Below, piece by piece: positions 25,087 through 37,819 of a DNA stretch of 64,000 nt. The stretch is from positions 124,001-188,000 of the forward strand of contig NW_027590170.1 in assembly GCF_964213995.1 (NCBI RefSeq), read 5' to 3'. Source of the stretch: Mustelus asterias. Taxonomy: Eukaryota. The notes under the pieces were generated by a model, which saw nothing but the letters and a program-made list of their open reading frames with translations, did no database searches and had not been told where the DNA came from. Position 1 is the stretch's first letter. Each line of letters starts with the position of its first letter. The translations under genes were made by a program, and so were the position numbers.

Positions 25087-25929
25087 ATGGAGAAACCATG
25101 GAAATGTGGGGACTGTGGGAAGAGATACAGATACCCATCAGAGCTGGAAGCTCATCGGCGCAGCCACACTGGGGAGAGACCATTCACCTGCTCTCTGTGT
25201 GGGGAGGGATTCACTCAGTCATCCAGCCTGCAGTCACACCAGCGAGTTCACACTGGGGAGAGACCATTCACATGTTCTCAGTGTGGGAAGGGATTCACTC
25301 GGTCATCCGACCTGCGGGCACACGAGCGAGTTCACACTGGGGAGAGGCCGTTCACCTGCTCTCAGTGTGGGGAGGGATTCAGTCATTTATCCACCTTGCG
25401 CACACACCGGCGATTTCACACTGGGGAGAGGCCGTTCACCTGCACTGTGTGTGGGAAGGGATTCACTCGGTCATCCGACCTGCGGACACACCAGCGAGTT
25501 CACACTGGGGAGAGACCATTCACCTGCTCTCAGTGTGGGGAGGGATTCATTTGGTCATCTGACCTGCGGGCACATGCATGCGTTCATACTGGGGAGAGGC
25601 CGTTCACCTGCTCTCAGTGTGGGAAGGGATTCACTCGGTCATCCCACCTGTAGAGACACCGGCGCGTTCACACTGGGGAGAGGCAGTTCATCTGTTCTCA
25701 GTGTGGGAAGGGATTCTGTGATTCATCCAGCCTGCTGAGACACCAGCGAGTTCACACTGGGGAGAGGCCATTCACCTGCTCTCAGTGTGAGAAGAGATTC
25801 ACTCGATTATCCAACCTGCGGACACACCAGCGAGTTCACACTGGGGAGAAGCCGTTCACCTGCTCTGTGTGTGAGAAGAGATTCAGTCTTTCATCCGCCC
25901 TGCTGAGACACCAACGGGTTCACGAGTGA
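25087..25929 (+). CDS. C2H2 zinc-finger gene ZNF-C: 10-finger array with a premature TAG in finger 7 (6 complete fingers translated)
   Basis: Acceptor TTTTACAG|GATATT at 24742/24743 and ATG 25087 (MEKPWKC). TAG at 25651-25653. The frame then stays open through the rest of finger 7 and three more fingers to HQRVHE* (25927-25929). Confidence 0.8.
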
Positions 25930-27449
25930 TTCTAGGGGTTGGATTCTGCTGTTATTGTTTCTGCTTTCAATTACATCCAGGACATTTTGTTCAGTCTCAC
26001 AGTTGGTGAAGTGGGAGGGTCGGAGGGTTTCTTTCTGCTGGACTGGCCGGTCTCATGACTTTACTTCCAGTGGACTGATGCTCTTTGAGTCTTGTTGCGA
26101 ATACCCGGTTTCAAATTTCACAAGGATCACAGAGTGACAGGGTGTTAGGAAGTTAAGAGTCATTATTTCTGTTTGAAACCCCCTCAAATGTCCATCCAAT
26201 TTCCTTTGTAATTGTTTATTGACTCCACTTCCTCCACCCTCGTAGGCAGCGAGTTCCAGGTCATTACCATTCACTGCATCAAAATATTCTTCCTCACATC
26301 CCCCCTGCATCTCTGGCCCAAAACCATAAATCCCCTCGTCCTTGTCCCATCAGCTAATGGGAACAGCTTTTCTTTGTCCACCTTATCTAAACCTGTCAGA
26401 ATCTTGTCCACCTCTATCTAATCTCCCCTCAACCTCCTTTGCTCCAAGGGGAACAACCCCAGCCTGACATCGACAATAAAGAACAAACTAACAGAATATG
26501 TTAATACCTGAAATCAAATGGGAATGTTTAATTTCTGTTTTAAAGATATTGTGAATATATTGTCCTGGACAATAAAGGAATTGGAATAACTCACCTTGGG
26601 TGTGGTTGAATGGAATATATCAATCTGATATTCACCTACAGTCCAGTGAAAGTCTGGAATGTGTAGCTGGAAATCCCTCCCCAACAGCACTATGAGCGTA
26701 CTTACACCTCAGGCATTGTATCAGTTCAGGGAGGCAGTGTTGGGGTTGACCATGGCCGAGGCAGCTACATACAGCCACATATTCTGTTATAATTGAAGGA
26801 CTGCAGATTGAATGTGAGGCATTATGGGACTGGACTATCGTGACCACATTCCTGTGACTGCTCAGTTTCTACAATCACCGACCATTAAACCTGCTTAGCA
26901 GGGCCCCAACAGAGGACCTGGTGAGAATATTTACTCAGAATGAGTTAGATGATGATGATGATTTCTGTTTGTCAATTTTAAATTTTTAAAAAATTTCATT
27001 GGTCTGTTTCCTGTCTGTTTTTTTTCTGTCTGTTTCCATGCTGTAAACCTCTATGCCTGTTTGCCCTGGATCAAACTGACACCCAGGAACTCTCAAATGC
27101 TGCAGCTTGAATGTGTACTAATAAACTATTTCTTTTATCCAATGATAATTTATTTTTGTTTTTAAGTAGTTTATTAACCTTACCACCTGTTGCTATACTA
27201 TTTTGATCCTTAGGAACAGAATAAATCTTAGTCACTTAGCAGATACTCACCAAAAATCTAGCTTCTTCTCCTGTGGAAGAGTAAGATCACTTCCTAAAGG
27301 CTGAGAAAGTTAGAAAGCAAAACAGCACCTCTTTTCCTTCCTTCCCTGACTCCCTTAATTACCCAACTCTCAGCACTCTATTCTAAGCTGCACTCAAGTG
27401 ATGCCGGTTCAGAGCTGTTTCTGAGCTGTAGATTCAATACAATACTCAC

Positions 27450-28986
27450 TTGCTGACATGGACATCAAGGCCTGTATGGGTCTCCAGGCCATCATGCACA
27501 CCATCATGATAAGGAGGATGGAGCTGGTGTTGCCAGCCATGTACATGATGAACAGATTCATGGGCAGCTGTTTCAATGGGCCCAAGGCGATGAAAACAGA
27601 AAGTGAGCAGGGTATCAGTAAAGGGGGCCGGTTAGGGGAGGCCATATGCTGATCTTATACCCAGGCCTGGAAGTAAGGATGATGATTAACCCTTTATCAC
27701 ACAGGCTGCTGTGGTTCACCAAGGTGCTTTATCACCATGGACAAACCAGGGGCGTTGTCAGTCACACACTAAAGGCACATTCAAATCCAACTTACTTTCT
27801 CAACCAGGATCCGGTCTGTTTCTTGGACGCAGATGTCCGGTAGCTGTTTGTCTGAATATGCGACTGGGTACATGGAGTCTCTCTGGCTATACTGTTGACC
27901 ACGGCTCCTATGAGAAACAGAAAACACAAATTGGTCACCCTTTCAGGACCTTCTTTAAAGAGGGAGTCTCTCTGTTGAGGACCCCAATGTGGTGACAATA
28001 GTGCCAGCATGAACTAAAGCTTGGGCAAACCTCGGACGCACACTGCCGTTGTGTCCACTGAACTGCCACGGGAATGGAGGATGGCAGAAGTGGATGAGTG
28101 TCAATTGATAAAAAGGGTGCCAATCCACTTGCCCTCCATTTAGGGACCATCATAGATCATAGAACCCTACAGTGCAGAAAGAGGCCATTCGGCCCATCGA
28201 GTCTGCACCGACCACAATCCCACCCAGGCCCTACCCCCATATCCCTACATATTTTACCCACTAATCCCTCTAACCTACTCATCTCAGGACACTAAGGGGC
28301 AATTTTAGCACAGCCAATCAACCTAACCCGCACATCTTTGGACTGTGGGAGGAAACCGGAGCACCCGGAGGAAACCCACGCAGACACGAGGAGAATGTGC
28401 AAACTCCACACAGACAGTGACCCGAGTGGGAATCGAACCCAGGTCCCTGGAGCTGTGAAGCCGCAGTGCTAACCACTGTGCTACCGTGCCGCCCTGGTTT
28501 TTGACAAAGTGACAAATCACCAGATGTACCAAATTGTATCTTGAAAACAAACACTGCGGGACATTGAGAGAGATCCAGTTCAGCACCCGGCCCTGGAAAC
28601 GAGCAGTCGTTCCTCCAACCACCACCGCAGTTGGCACCTGATCAGGTGAAGGGGCCGAAACCAAAAGGGCATCTCAGGGTCATGACCTGGAGAACAGATG
28701 CCAAGTGGGGTCTGAGTGGTTTCTGGGGGATTTGAGGGGCTGCTTTGTGGTGAGGAGTTCGGTGAGGGGTAAAAGAGGCGTGAAAAACCCGGGGTTGGGA
28801 AGTTTTGGGTTGGTGCCATGTCCCCGGGTCAGTGTGCGGTGGCGTCCCCTCAGGAGAGGCGGGCCGGCCCGGCTTGCCGCTTACTCGAGACCCCGGCTCC
28901 CCCGGGCGGCCTCCGCACCTGCTGGTGCCGCTCAGGGTCCGCTTGTGCCAGCGCGCGCGGTTGACAAGTCCCACCCCTGCAGCCAT
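27450..28986 (-). pseudogene. EMC4: Unprocessed, truncated copy of ER membrane protein complex subunit 4 (exons 1-3)
   Basis: Exon 1, 28986-28919: MAAGVGLVNRARWHKRTLSGTS|GTGCGG. Exon 2, 27907-27796: [38 protein letters not shown]|GTAAGT (in frame). Exon 3, 27591-27450: [47 protein letters not shown]|GTGAGT, lacking its AG acceptor and the RCWD codons. No later exons were seen. Confidence 0.9.
28151..28492 (-). mobile_element. HE1-like V-SINE (CR1-type tail) in EMC4 intron 1
   Basis: Head, V-domain and tail. Confidence 0.9.
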
Positions 28987-28989
28987 GGT

Positions 28990-29230
28990 AACGCCGCCGA
29001 TCGTTAACCGTCCCCCCTTTCAAATCTGATTCAGATCAAGAGAAGAAGCCGCGCGCTTCCGTCAACAAAACACTCCCGCTGCAATGCGCATGTGCGAGCC
29101 CAACCGCCTGAGCGTTCTGCGGGCACCGCCTAAAGTCCCGCCCCACATCGACGCCATCTTTGTCAGGGGCGCATCTGTTCCGACTCTCCACCTTCTGTCC
29201 AAATGGAGAACATTTGCCCCGCACAAAGAT
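28990..29230 (-). promoter_or_regulatory. CpG-island promoter of the EMC4 copy
   Basis: ETS CGGAAG (minus, ~29055), NRF1-like TGCGCATGTGCG (~29085), GC box and YY1 CGCCATCTT (~29152). CpG-rich from ~28800. Confidence 0.65.
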
Positions 29231-29964
29231 GGACATCACTTAATGTCAGAGATATTTGCAATATTGAGTCCAGATGACCTTTTGTCAAAGCAAAAAGACA
29301 TAGAAAGTGGGAGATATTTATGCTGCAGGGTGAGGGAATGAAAGATGAGCTATAGCCACAGAAACCAGGGGAAAATACTGCGAATGGCTGTCGCATTCTC
29401 TCTTTCGACAGCCATTACAGCACCAGGGACTCAGGTTCGTTTCTCGGCTTGGGTGACTGTCTGTGCGGAGTCTGCACGTTCTCCAGGTGCTCCTGTTTCC
29501 TCCCACACACCACCTTTTTCTTCTCATGAAAATCCAGTATTTCCGATCGCCCTGAATGAATTTTGAGGTTCAGGTCAGAGCGAATAAATAAAAGCAAAAA
29601 TCTGTGAATGCTGGAATCTGAAGCAAAAACTGAAAATGAACCACTGTGGCAAATGCATCATTCTCAATCTATTTTACTAGGTATTTGTTTCATTATTCAA
29701 CATTTAACATCAATACATTTATTTATTTATTCTGCATCTCCTGATTCTGAATTGAATATCTCTGACATATGCAGCATTGAATTGCAACTATGACTGACCA
29801 ACAAAACAGATCGAGTCACTGCTTAATGCACACCCCATGATGCTCATTTGAGATTGACCACAATCAGTTTATAAACAAAATCAAATATCTTTAATGGGAA
29901 GAGATTTAAGAATGACCAGTTAGTTTATTCTGGGTGTGAAATATTCTGGTGCCTAAATCCCATT

Positions 29965-30317
29965 CATAGAAATCATAGAAACCCTACAGTGCAGAAGGAG
30001 GCCATTCGGCCCATCGAGTCTGCACCGACCACAATCCCACCCAGGACCTACCCCCACATATTTTACCCGCTAATCCCTCTAACCTACACATCCCAGGACT
30101 CTAAGGGGCAATTTTTTTTAACCTGGCCAATCAACCTAACCCGCACATCTTTGGATTGTGGGAGGAAACCGGAGCACCCGGAGGAAACCCATGCAGACAC
30201 GAGGAGAATGTGCAAACTCCACACAGACAGTGACCCGAGCCAGAAATCGAACCCAGGACCCTGGAGCTGTGAAGCAGCAGTGCTAACCACTGTGCTACCG
30301 TGCCGCCCGTGCCGCCC
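29965..30317 (-). mobile_element. HE1-like V-SINE (CR1-type tail)
   Basis: Head, V-domain and tail. Confidence 0.9.
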
Positions 30318-30750
30318 ATCTATTGAATGTCCAGTAGATCTGCACTGAGCCTTGATTTCCTCATCAGCATGAATGGTTTTCTGTATATCTTTATTCTGAA
30401 AACCGATTTTAAAAAGGTGTGTCTGTGCAATGTGCACCAATTCCTCTAGTTCAGTTACAGTATCACTTGTGTCTGTCTTTATGAGCACACACTACTATTA
30501 GACATGTTTCAGATGGTGATTAACTATGTTGGTCTACATCTATAAACCCATGCATCGAACAAGTTGCTAATATATGCACGGTGTCAAAATACCAACATCT
30601 CTTTCCTGCAACTAAATCTAAAAATGCAGCATTTCTGATTTTCCTGAAAGCATTTGAGACCGAGGTCAAAACAAACATAATATGGCAACATCGAGAATTG
30701 GATAATGTTCAGCAAATAACCAAAATCATGCATACTTCCTGAAATGCTAA

Positions 30751-30823
30751 AGTTTCTAGCTGGTTTTGAACCAGGGACTTCTCACGCATTAGGCAAACAT
30801 GATAACCACTACACTACAGAAAC
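30751..30823 (-). pseudogene. tRNA-Val(AAC)-derived pseudogene (anticodon now AAT)
   Basis: GTTTCTGTAGTGTAGTGGTTATCATGTTTGCCTAATGCGTGAGAAGTCCCTGGTTCAAAACCAGCTAGAAACT. Many transitions and weakened stems. Confidence 0.8.
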
Positions 30824-30904
30824 TACCAGCAGTTCAGTGTAGCCAATCGACTTGTCTGCAAGGTTCAACTCTGCTGTGTTGCTGCAGGTTCTCATGGTTA
30901 GACT

Positions 30905-32223
30905 ATCCACCAGTATCTATTACAAGCCCACCAACTCCCACAACTATCTTGACTGCAGTTCTTCACACCCCACATCCTGAAAGGACTCCATCCCATTCTC
31001 TTCATTCTTTCGCCTCCGCCGCATCTGTTCTGATGATGCCACTTTCCTAAATAGCGTTGCAGATATGTCTTTCTTCTTCAACAGTTGAGGTTTTCCACCC
31101 ACTGTTGTTGACAGGGCTCTTGACCATGTCCGACCCATCCCCCCGCCACTGCTCTCACTCCCTCCCCTCCCTCCCAGAACCAGGACAGGGTTCCCCTTGT
31201 CTTCACTTTTCACCTGACCAGCCTCCGCATTCAAAGGATCATCCTCTGCCATTGCTGCCAATTCCAGCATGATGCCACTACCCAACACATCTTCCCTTTA
31301 ACCCCCCCCCCCCCCCCACCCCCCCACTCCACCACCAGCATTCCACAAGGATCGTCCTCTCTGGGATACCCTGGTCCACTCCTCCATCCCACCCAAACTC
31401 CTATCCCCTACCCATGGCACCTTCCCATGCAATAGTAGAAGGTGCAACACCTGCCACTTTACCTCCTCCCTGTTCACCTCCCGGGTCCTAAACACCCTTT
31501 CAGGTGAAGCAGTGCTTCACATGCACCTTCTCCAACCTGGTCTATTCAATTCACTGCTCCCAATCCAGTCTACTCTACATCGGAGAGACCAAACACAAAT
31601 TGGGTGACCGCTTTGTTGAACACCTTCAGTGCGTCCGCAAGCAGGACCCAGAGCTTCCTGTCACTTGCCGCTTCAACACACCACCCTGCTCTCCTGCCCA
31701 CATGTCCGTCCTTGGCCTTTTGCAATGTTCTAGTGAACCCCAATGCAAATTGGAGGAACAGAACCTCATCTTCCGATTGGGCACTTTACAGCCTTCCAGA
31801 CTGAACATTGAGTTCAACAACTTCACAGCATGACTTTCCCCCCCACCGTCACCCCATTTCCATTCATTTTATTTCATTTTGTTTCTTCTTTTCATCTCAT
31901 TCATCCATTTTATCATACTTCTTTCTCACTTCCATTTTTTAACTTCTTCATTCCTGCTCTCCTTCTCGCCCACACCCGCCCCCTCCCCCCCACCAACCCC
32001 CCCCCCCCCCCCCCCATCCCCTCCATTCAGGGCAAACCATCTGTACCTCTGCTCTACCATTCTGATTAACACTTTTCACACCTCTCTCAGCCTTCTACAT
32101 TCTCCTTTTCATTCCCTTTGTCCAATTACAGCACCCCCCCTTCCACCCTCATAATATAAATCTTGTCTGATTTTCTTTGCCCTTAGCTCTGATGAAGCGT
32201 CATCCAAACTCGAAACGTTGGCT
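30905..32223 (+). mobile_element. Penelope-like retroelement fragment (RT C-terminus, GIY-YIG endonuclease, hammerhead-bearing 3' end)
   Basis: SIYYKPTNSHNYLD..SSHP; NLVYSIHCSQSSLLYIGETKHKLGDRFVEH..LGTLQPSRLN; CTGATGA..GAAAC at 32189-32216. Confidence 0.85.
32185..32223 (+). ncRNA. Minimal type-I hammerhead ribozyme motif (Penelope-associated)
   Basis: AGCT-CTGATGA-A-GCGTCATCCAAACTC-GAA-ACGT-T-GGCT. Stem I is AGCU/GGCU, stem III is the palindrome ACGU, and stem II is imperfect. Confidence 0.55.
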
Positions 32224-32419
32224 AGTTACTCAATATTTGTTTCGTTATTCAATATTAAATATGAATACATGTATTTAATACATACATCTTCATTCCGAGT
32301 TGAATATCTCGGGAATATGCAACATTGCATTGCAAACATGACTGACCAATAAAAGAAATCGAGTCACTGGGTGAATCACATCCCATGGTGCTTATTTGAG
32401 ACAGTCAGTTTTTAAACAT

Positions 32420-33155
32420 CATGCTACTGTGCAGAGGGACCTGGGGGTCCTTGTGCACGAATCGCAAAAACTCAGTCTGCAGGTGCAGCAGGTGATCAAG
32501 AAGGAGAATGGAGTGTTGGCCTTTATCGCGAGGGGGATAGAATATAAAAGCAGGGAGGTCTTGCTGCAACTGTACAAGGCACTGGTGAGGCCGCAACTGG
32601 AGTACTGTGTGCAGTTTTGGTCCCCTTATTTGCGAAAGGATATATTGGCCTTGGAGGGAGTGCAGAGAAGGTTCACCAGGTTGATACCGGAGATGAGGGG
32701 TGCAGCTTATGAGGAGAGATTGAACAGATTGGGTCTGTACTCATTGGAGTTTAGAAGGCTGAGGGGTGATCTTATAGAGACATATAAGATAATGAAGGGG
32801 CTGGATAGGGTAGAGGTAGAGAGATTCTTTCCACTTAGAAGGGAAACCAGAACTAGAGGGCACAGTCTCAAAATAAGTGGGGGCCGGTTCAGAACAGAGT
32901 TGATGGGGAACTTCTTCTCTCAGAGGGTAGTGAATCTCTGGAGTTCTCTGCCCATTGAAGTGGTGGAGGCGACCTCGTTGAATATGTTTAAATCACGGGT
33001 AGATAGATTTCTGATCGATAAGGGAATTAGGGGATATGGGGAGCAGGCGGGTAAGTGGAACTGATTCGCTTCAGATCAGCCATGATCTTGTTGAATGGCG
33101 GGGCAGGCCCGAGGGGCCTAGATGGCCTACTCCTGCTCCTATTTCTTATGTTCTT
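32420..33155 (+). mobile_element. Young 5'-truncated CR1
   Basis: Open ORF2 C-terminus (RPQLEYCVQFWSP..GKWN), TTCTTATG tail, and TTAAACA duplicated at both ends. Confidence 0.9.
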
Positions 33156-33727
33156 AAACAATATCAAATATCTTTAAAGGAAAAAGATTTAATAATGATC
33201 TGCTAGTTATACTTAATCCCTCTTTATTCTGCGTGTGAAACATTCTGGCGTCTAAATCCCGTTCATCTATAGAAAAGTCCAGCAGATCTACACTGAGTTT
33301 CGATTTACTCATCTGCCTGAGTGATTTTTTCCCATTTCTTTATTATGAAGAACAATTTTAAAAATATGCTTCCGGGAAATGTGCGCCATTTCCTCTAGTT
33401 CAGTTACAGTTTCACTTGTGTCTGTCTTTATGAGCACACACTACTATTACACATGTTTCAGATGATGATTAACTATGTTAGTCTGCATTTGTAAAACCAT
33501 TATATTCTGTTATGGATTGAACAAGTTGCTAATATGCGCACAGTGTCAAAATACACACATTTATTTCCTCATTGCGTCTTAAAATACAGCATTTCTGATT
33601 TTGCTGAAAGCATTTGTGGCCGAGTTCAGAGCAAAGATAACATGGTTACAACATGGAGAATCGGATAATGTTCAGCAACAACTACCATGCAAAACTTCCC
33701 TCACGCTAAATGAAGAACTATGATTAG

Positions 33728-33800
33728 TGTTTCTGCCCGGTTTCGAACCAGGGACTTTTCGCGTCTGAGGCGAACGTGATAACCACTACACTACAGAGAC
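33728..33800 (-). tRNA. tRNA-Val-body gene with a CAG (Leu) anticodon; function uncertain
   Basis: 73 nt: GTCTCTGTAGTGTAGTGGTTATCACGTTCGCCTCAGACGCGAAAAGTCCCTGGTTCGAAACCGGGCAGAAACA. A and B boxes intact. Anticodon arm TTCGC-CT CAG AC-GCGAA. One acceptor-stem mismatch. Confidence 0.8.
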
Positions 33801-34787
33801 AACTGGCAGTACAGCGCCTACAATGTGCAACTCCATTGTGTTGCTGCAGGTTTGAATGGTTATACTGAGAGCCCATGTCACTCAATACAAGACAAAAAAC
33901 CGTTTCTTTCAACCTGATTTCTCAACTTATCTTGAACTTCAACCTTTAAAAGCGGTCGTCCGGCAAATATCGAAGGAAGCAATGATTTCTGCTCAATCAT
34001 TAATGCATCATTCTCATCTTCCTTCGAATAATTTCAACCAGTTCTACCCAGTATTTGTTCGTTGTTCAATGTTAAATATTAATATATTTTTATTAATTAC
34101 ATATCTCCTCATTCTGAATGAAATATCTCCGAAATAGACAACATTGAATTGCAAACATGAATCGAGTCACATGTCACGGTGCTTAATTGAGATTGACCAC
34201 AATCAGCTTTTAAACAAAATCAAACATCTTTAAAGGGAATAGATTTAAGAATGACTTGTTAGTTATACTTGATCCCTCTTTATTCTGTGTGTGAAACACT
34301 CAGGCATCTAAATCCTGTTCAGCTGTGGGAAAGTCCAGTAGATCCGCACTGATTCTCGATTTCCTCAACTGTCTGAGTGGTTTTCCCTATTTGTTTCCTC
34401 TGAAGAACGATGTTAAAATAATGGTTCCGCGCAATGTGCGCCAGTTCCTCTCGTTCAGTTACAGTTTCACTTGTGTCTGCCTCTTTGAGCACACAATACT
34501 ATTAGACATGGTTCAGATGATGATTCACTTTGTTAGTCTGCATCAACAAAGCCATTAAATTCTGTTGTGGACTGAATGAGTTGCTGATATGTCCACGGTG
34601 TCAAAACAGGAACATCTATTTCCTCTCATTGCGTCATAAAAATACAAGATCTCTGATTTTGCTGAAAGATTTTGAGGCCGAGGTCAGAGCAAAGATAACA
34701 TGGCTTTAACATTGAGTTTCGGATAATGTTCAGCAACAAATTTCAATCATGTAAACTTCCCTCACCTTAATGAACAAATTTTAATAA

Positions 34788-34860
34788 TATTTCGGCATGG
34801 TTTTGAACGAGGGATTTTCCGTGTGTGAGGCGAATGCAACCACCATTACACTACAGAAAC
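34788..34860 (-). pseudogene. tRNA-Val(CAC) pseudogene
   Basis: GTTTCTGTAGTGTAATGGTGGTTGCATTCGCCTCACACACGG... with disrupted stems. Confidence 0.75.
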
Positions 34861-34944
34861 TGCTGGCGTCTGAAGGACCCAATGGGACTCTCTTGAAATG
34901 TTGCAACACTCATTGGGACTGCTGTAGACATATTGATCCAAGAA

Positions 34945-36350
34945 TGATTTTGATTTGATTTGATTTATTATTGTCACATGTATTAACGTACAGTGAAAAG
35001 TATTGCTTCTTGCGCGCTATACAGACAAAACATACCGTTCATAGAGAAGGAAGTGAGAGTGTGCACTTTGCAGTGTTACAGTCATAGCTTGGGTGTAGAG
35101 AAAGATCAACTTAACGCAAGGTAAGTCCATTCAAAAGTCTGACAGCAGCAGGGAAGAAGCTATTCTTGAGTCGGTTGGTTCGTGACCTCAGACTTTTGTA
35201 TCTTTTTCCCGAAGGAAGAAGGTGAAAGAGAGAATGTCCGGGGACGTGGGGTCCTTAATTATGCTGTCTGCTTTGCCGAGGCAGCGGGAAGTGTAGACAG
35301 AGTCAATGGATGGGAGGCTGGTTTGTGTGATGGATTGGGCACAATCACGACCTTTTGTAGTTCCTTGCAGTCTTGGGCAGAGAAGGAGCCATAGTAAGCT
35401 GTGATACAACCAGAAAGAATGCTTTCTATGGTACATCTGTAAAAGTTGGTGAGAGTCGTAGCTGACGTGCAAACTTTCCTTCGTCTTCTGAGGACGTGGA
35501 GGTGTTGTTGAGCTTTCTTAACTATAGTGTCGTCATGGGGGGACCAGGGCAGATAGTTGGTGATCTGGAGACCTAAAAACGCGAAGCTCCCGACCCTTTC
35601 TACTTCGTCCCTGTTGATATAGACAGGGACATGTTCTCCTTTACGCTTCCTGAAGTCGATGACAATCTCCTTCATTTAGTTGACATTGAGGGAGAGATTA
35701 TTGTTGCTGCACCAGTTCACCAGATTCTTTACCTCATTCCTGTACTCTGTCTCGTCATTGTTTGAGATCTGACCCACTACGGTGGCATCGTCAGCAAACT
35801 TGAAAATCGAATTGGAGGGGAATTTGGCCACACAGTCATAGGTATATAAGGAGTATAGTAGGGGGCTGAGAACACAGCATTGTGGGGCACCGGTGTTGAG
35901 GATGATCGTGGAGGAGGTGTTGTTGCCTATCTTTACAGATTATGGTCTGTGAGTTAGGAAGTTCAGGATCCAGTCACAGAGGAGGTGCCGAGGTCCAGGT
36001 CACGGAGTTTGGAGATGAGTTTCGTGGGAATAATAGTGTTGAAGTCTGATCTGTAGTCAATAAATATGAGTCTGTCCTTGTTATCTAGGTGATCCAGGGT
36101 TGAGTGCAAGGCCACGGAAATGCCGTCTGCTGTGGACCTGATGCGGCGATAGGCAACTGTAGTGGATCCAGGTAGTCCGGGAGGCTGCAATTGATTCGTG
36201 CCATGACAAACCTTTCGAAGCACTTCATAATGATGGATGTCAGAGCCACCGGCCGGTAGTTATTAAGGCATGCTGCTTGATTTTTCTTAGGTACCGGGAT
36301 GATGGTCGTCTTCTTGAAGCAGATAGGGACTTCAGATTGTTGTAATGATT
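34945..36350 (-). mobile_element. Rex1/Babar LINE (RT through 3' end)
   Basis: [34 protein letters not shown]; KEIVIDFRK..FYRCTIESILSGCITA; 3' TGTGACAATAATAAA(TCAAA)n tail. Confidence 0.9.
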
Positions 36351-36930
36351 GAAAATGGTTGGCAATGGCAAAGAACAATAAGAGGCCCTTCGACCCACCA
36401 TGCCTATGCCAGTTATTTTATGACGAGCTACCAAACTGACGTGTCGGTGCGGGCTTGGTGGGCCGAAGGGCCTGTTCCTATGCTGCACTGTTCTTTGCTC
36501 TCATTTCAATTTCCTCCTCTCATTCCATGAAGCTGATTTTTCTCCCTTTCAATCCCCATTTGAAGAAGTAGTTTCTGTGGAATCCATGTACAGTTTGCTT
36601 TAGGTAACAACGTTTCACTGACCCAATGGCATGAAGTATTGGATATAGCTTCCCAATATAGTTTTCAACGTAAGCATATATTTATTTATGCAATTGATTT
36701 CAAATGGAATTTACAAAACGGGTTTAATCGGATGAAGCATCTCCTCACTATTTCGGAATCATATCTAATATAATTACATTAACTCCACAACTTTCCACAG
36801 AGTGTGGAATATAACAGAGGCGAATGGATCATCTATACCTGAAGCAGTTTCCTTGTGTTGTTCCGAACATCCGATCTGACAACCTCGAGAATGGGTGGGG
36901 AATCTGTCTTACCTACAGTGACCTCACATG

Positions 36931-37222
36931 GGGTGGCACGGTGGCACAGTGGCACACTGCTGCCTCACAGCGCCAGGGATTCGGGTTCGATTCCTGGCTT
37001 GGGTCTGAGTGGAGTTTGCACGTTCTTCCTGTGTCTGTGTGGATTTGCTCCAGTGTCCTCCCACAGTCTGAAAGACGTGCTGGTTAGGTGCATTGTCATG
37101 GTAAATTTCTTCCTTAGTGTACCTGAACAGGTGGCGGAGTGTGGCGACTAGGGGATTTTCACAGTAACTTTATTGCAGTATTAACGTAATCCTACTTGTG
37201 ACATTAATAAATAAACTTTAAA
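36931..37222 (+). mobile_element. HE1-like V-SINE (TGTGACA..AATAAA tail type)
   Basis: Head, partial V-domain and tail. Confidence 0.85.
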
Positions 37223-37819
37223 CAAGATACGGACACATCCAGAATGTGTTTGGCTGTAAAAATAAATACATCGATTATTGCTTATTCTCCAAAAGTGTCC
37301 ACCATTGATGAGAAATAGATTTCTGGCTGTTCCTGTTGCTAAAATGGACAGTTCCACCGCAATGATTATCTAACGGGATATTGCCGCACTGACATGACCC
37401 CAGGGAATTCCAATTCAGAAAGTTACTCTGGGGCTAGTACGCTTTCGGGATTGTCAGTGAGTGCACTTCTCTTGAGTGTGTCAGTGGCTGTGTTAATCTG
37501 TTTGTTTATCTTCCTTAGTGATTGTCTGTGTGTCTATGTTTGAGTCGATCAGTTTGAGAATCGATCACTGTTTTTACTTGTCCCTGTGTCTATGCTTTTG
37601 TTGATTCTGTGCGGTATACGAGGCTTCTAGTGAACACGGAGTTGGGGTTATTCATGTATTTTCATAGTTAGCAACTCAGACTAATGTGTCAGAAATCTAC
37701 AGAATAATTCTGGATTTATAACGAGGGACGTTAGAATTGATGTCAGTCTCTGGGCATATATCTATATGGTTATATATCCTTACACGTGTTGGTCTTTGCA
37801 TGTGGCCGTGTGTGTATCT

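Larger units (their letters stand above)
29650..34900. repeat. Three tandem ~0.9-kb tRNA-Val-containing units (~29650-30900, ~32228-33870, ~33995-34900)
   Basis: Shared blocks such as CAGTTACAGT.TCACTTGTGTCTG and GGATAATGTTCAGCAA precede each tRNA copy. Unit 1 is interrupted by a SINE and unit 2 by a CR1; a Penelope element lies between units 1 and 2. Confidence 0.85.

Noticed and set aside
28590-28690. PFGF..PDQVP as a possible EMC4 exon 2
   Set aside because: The true exon 2 ([21 protein letters not shown]) is at 27907-27796 with proper splice sites.
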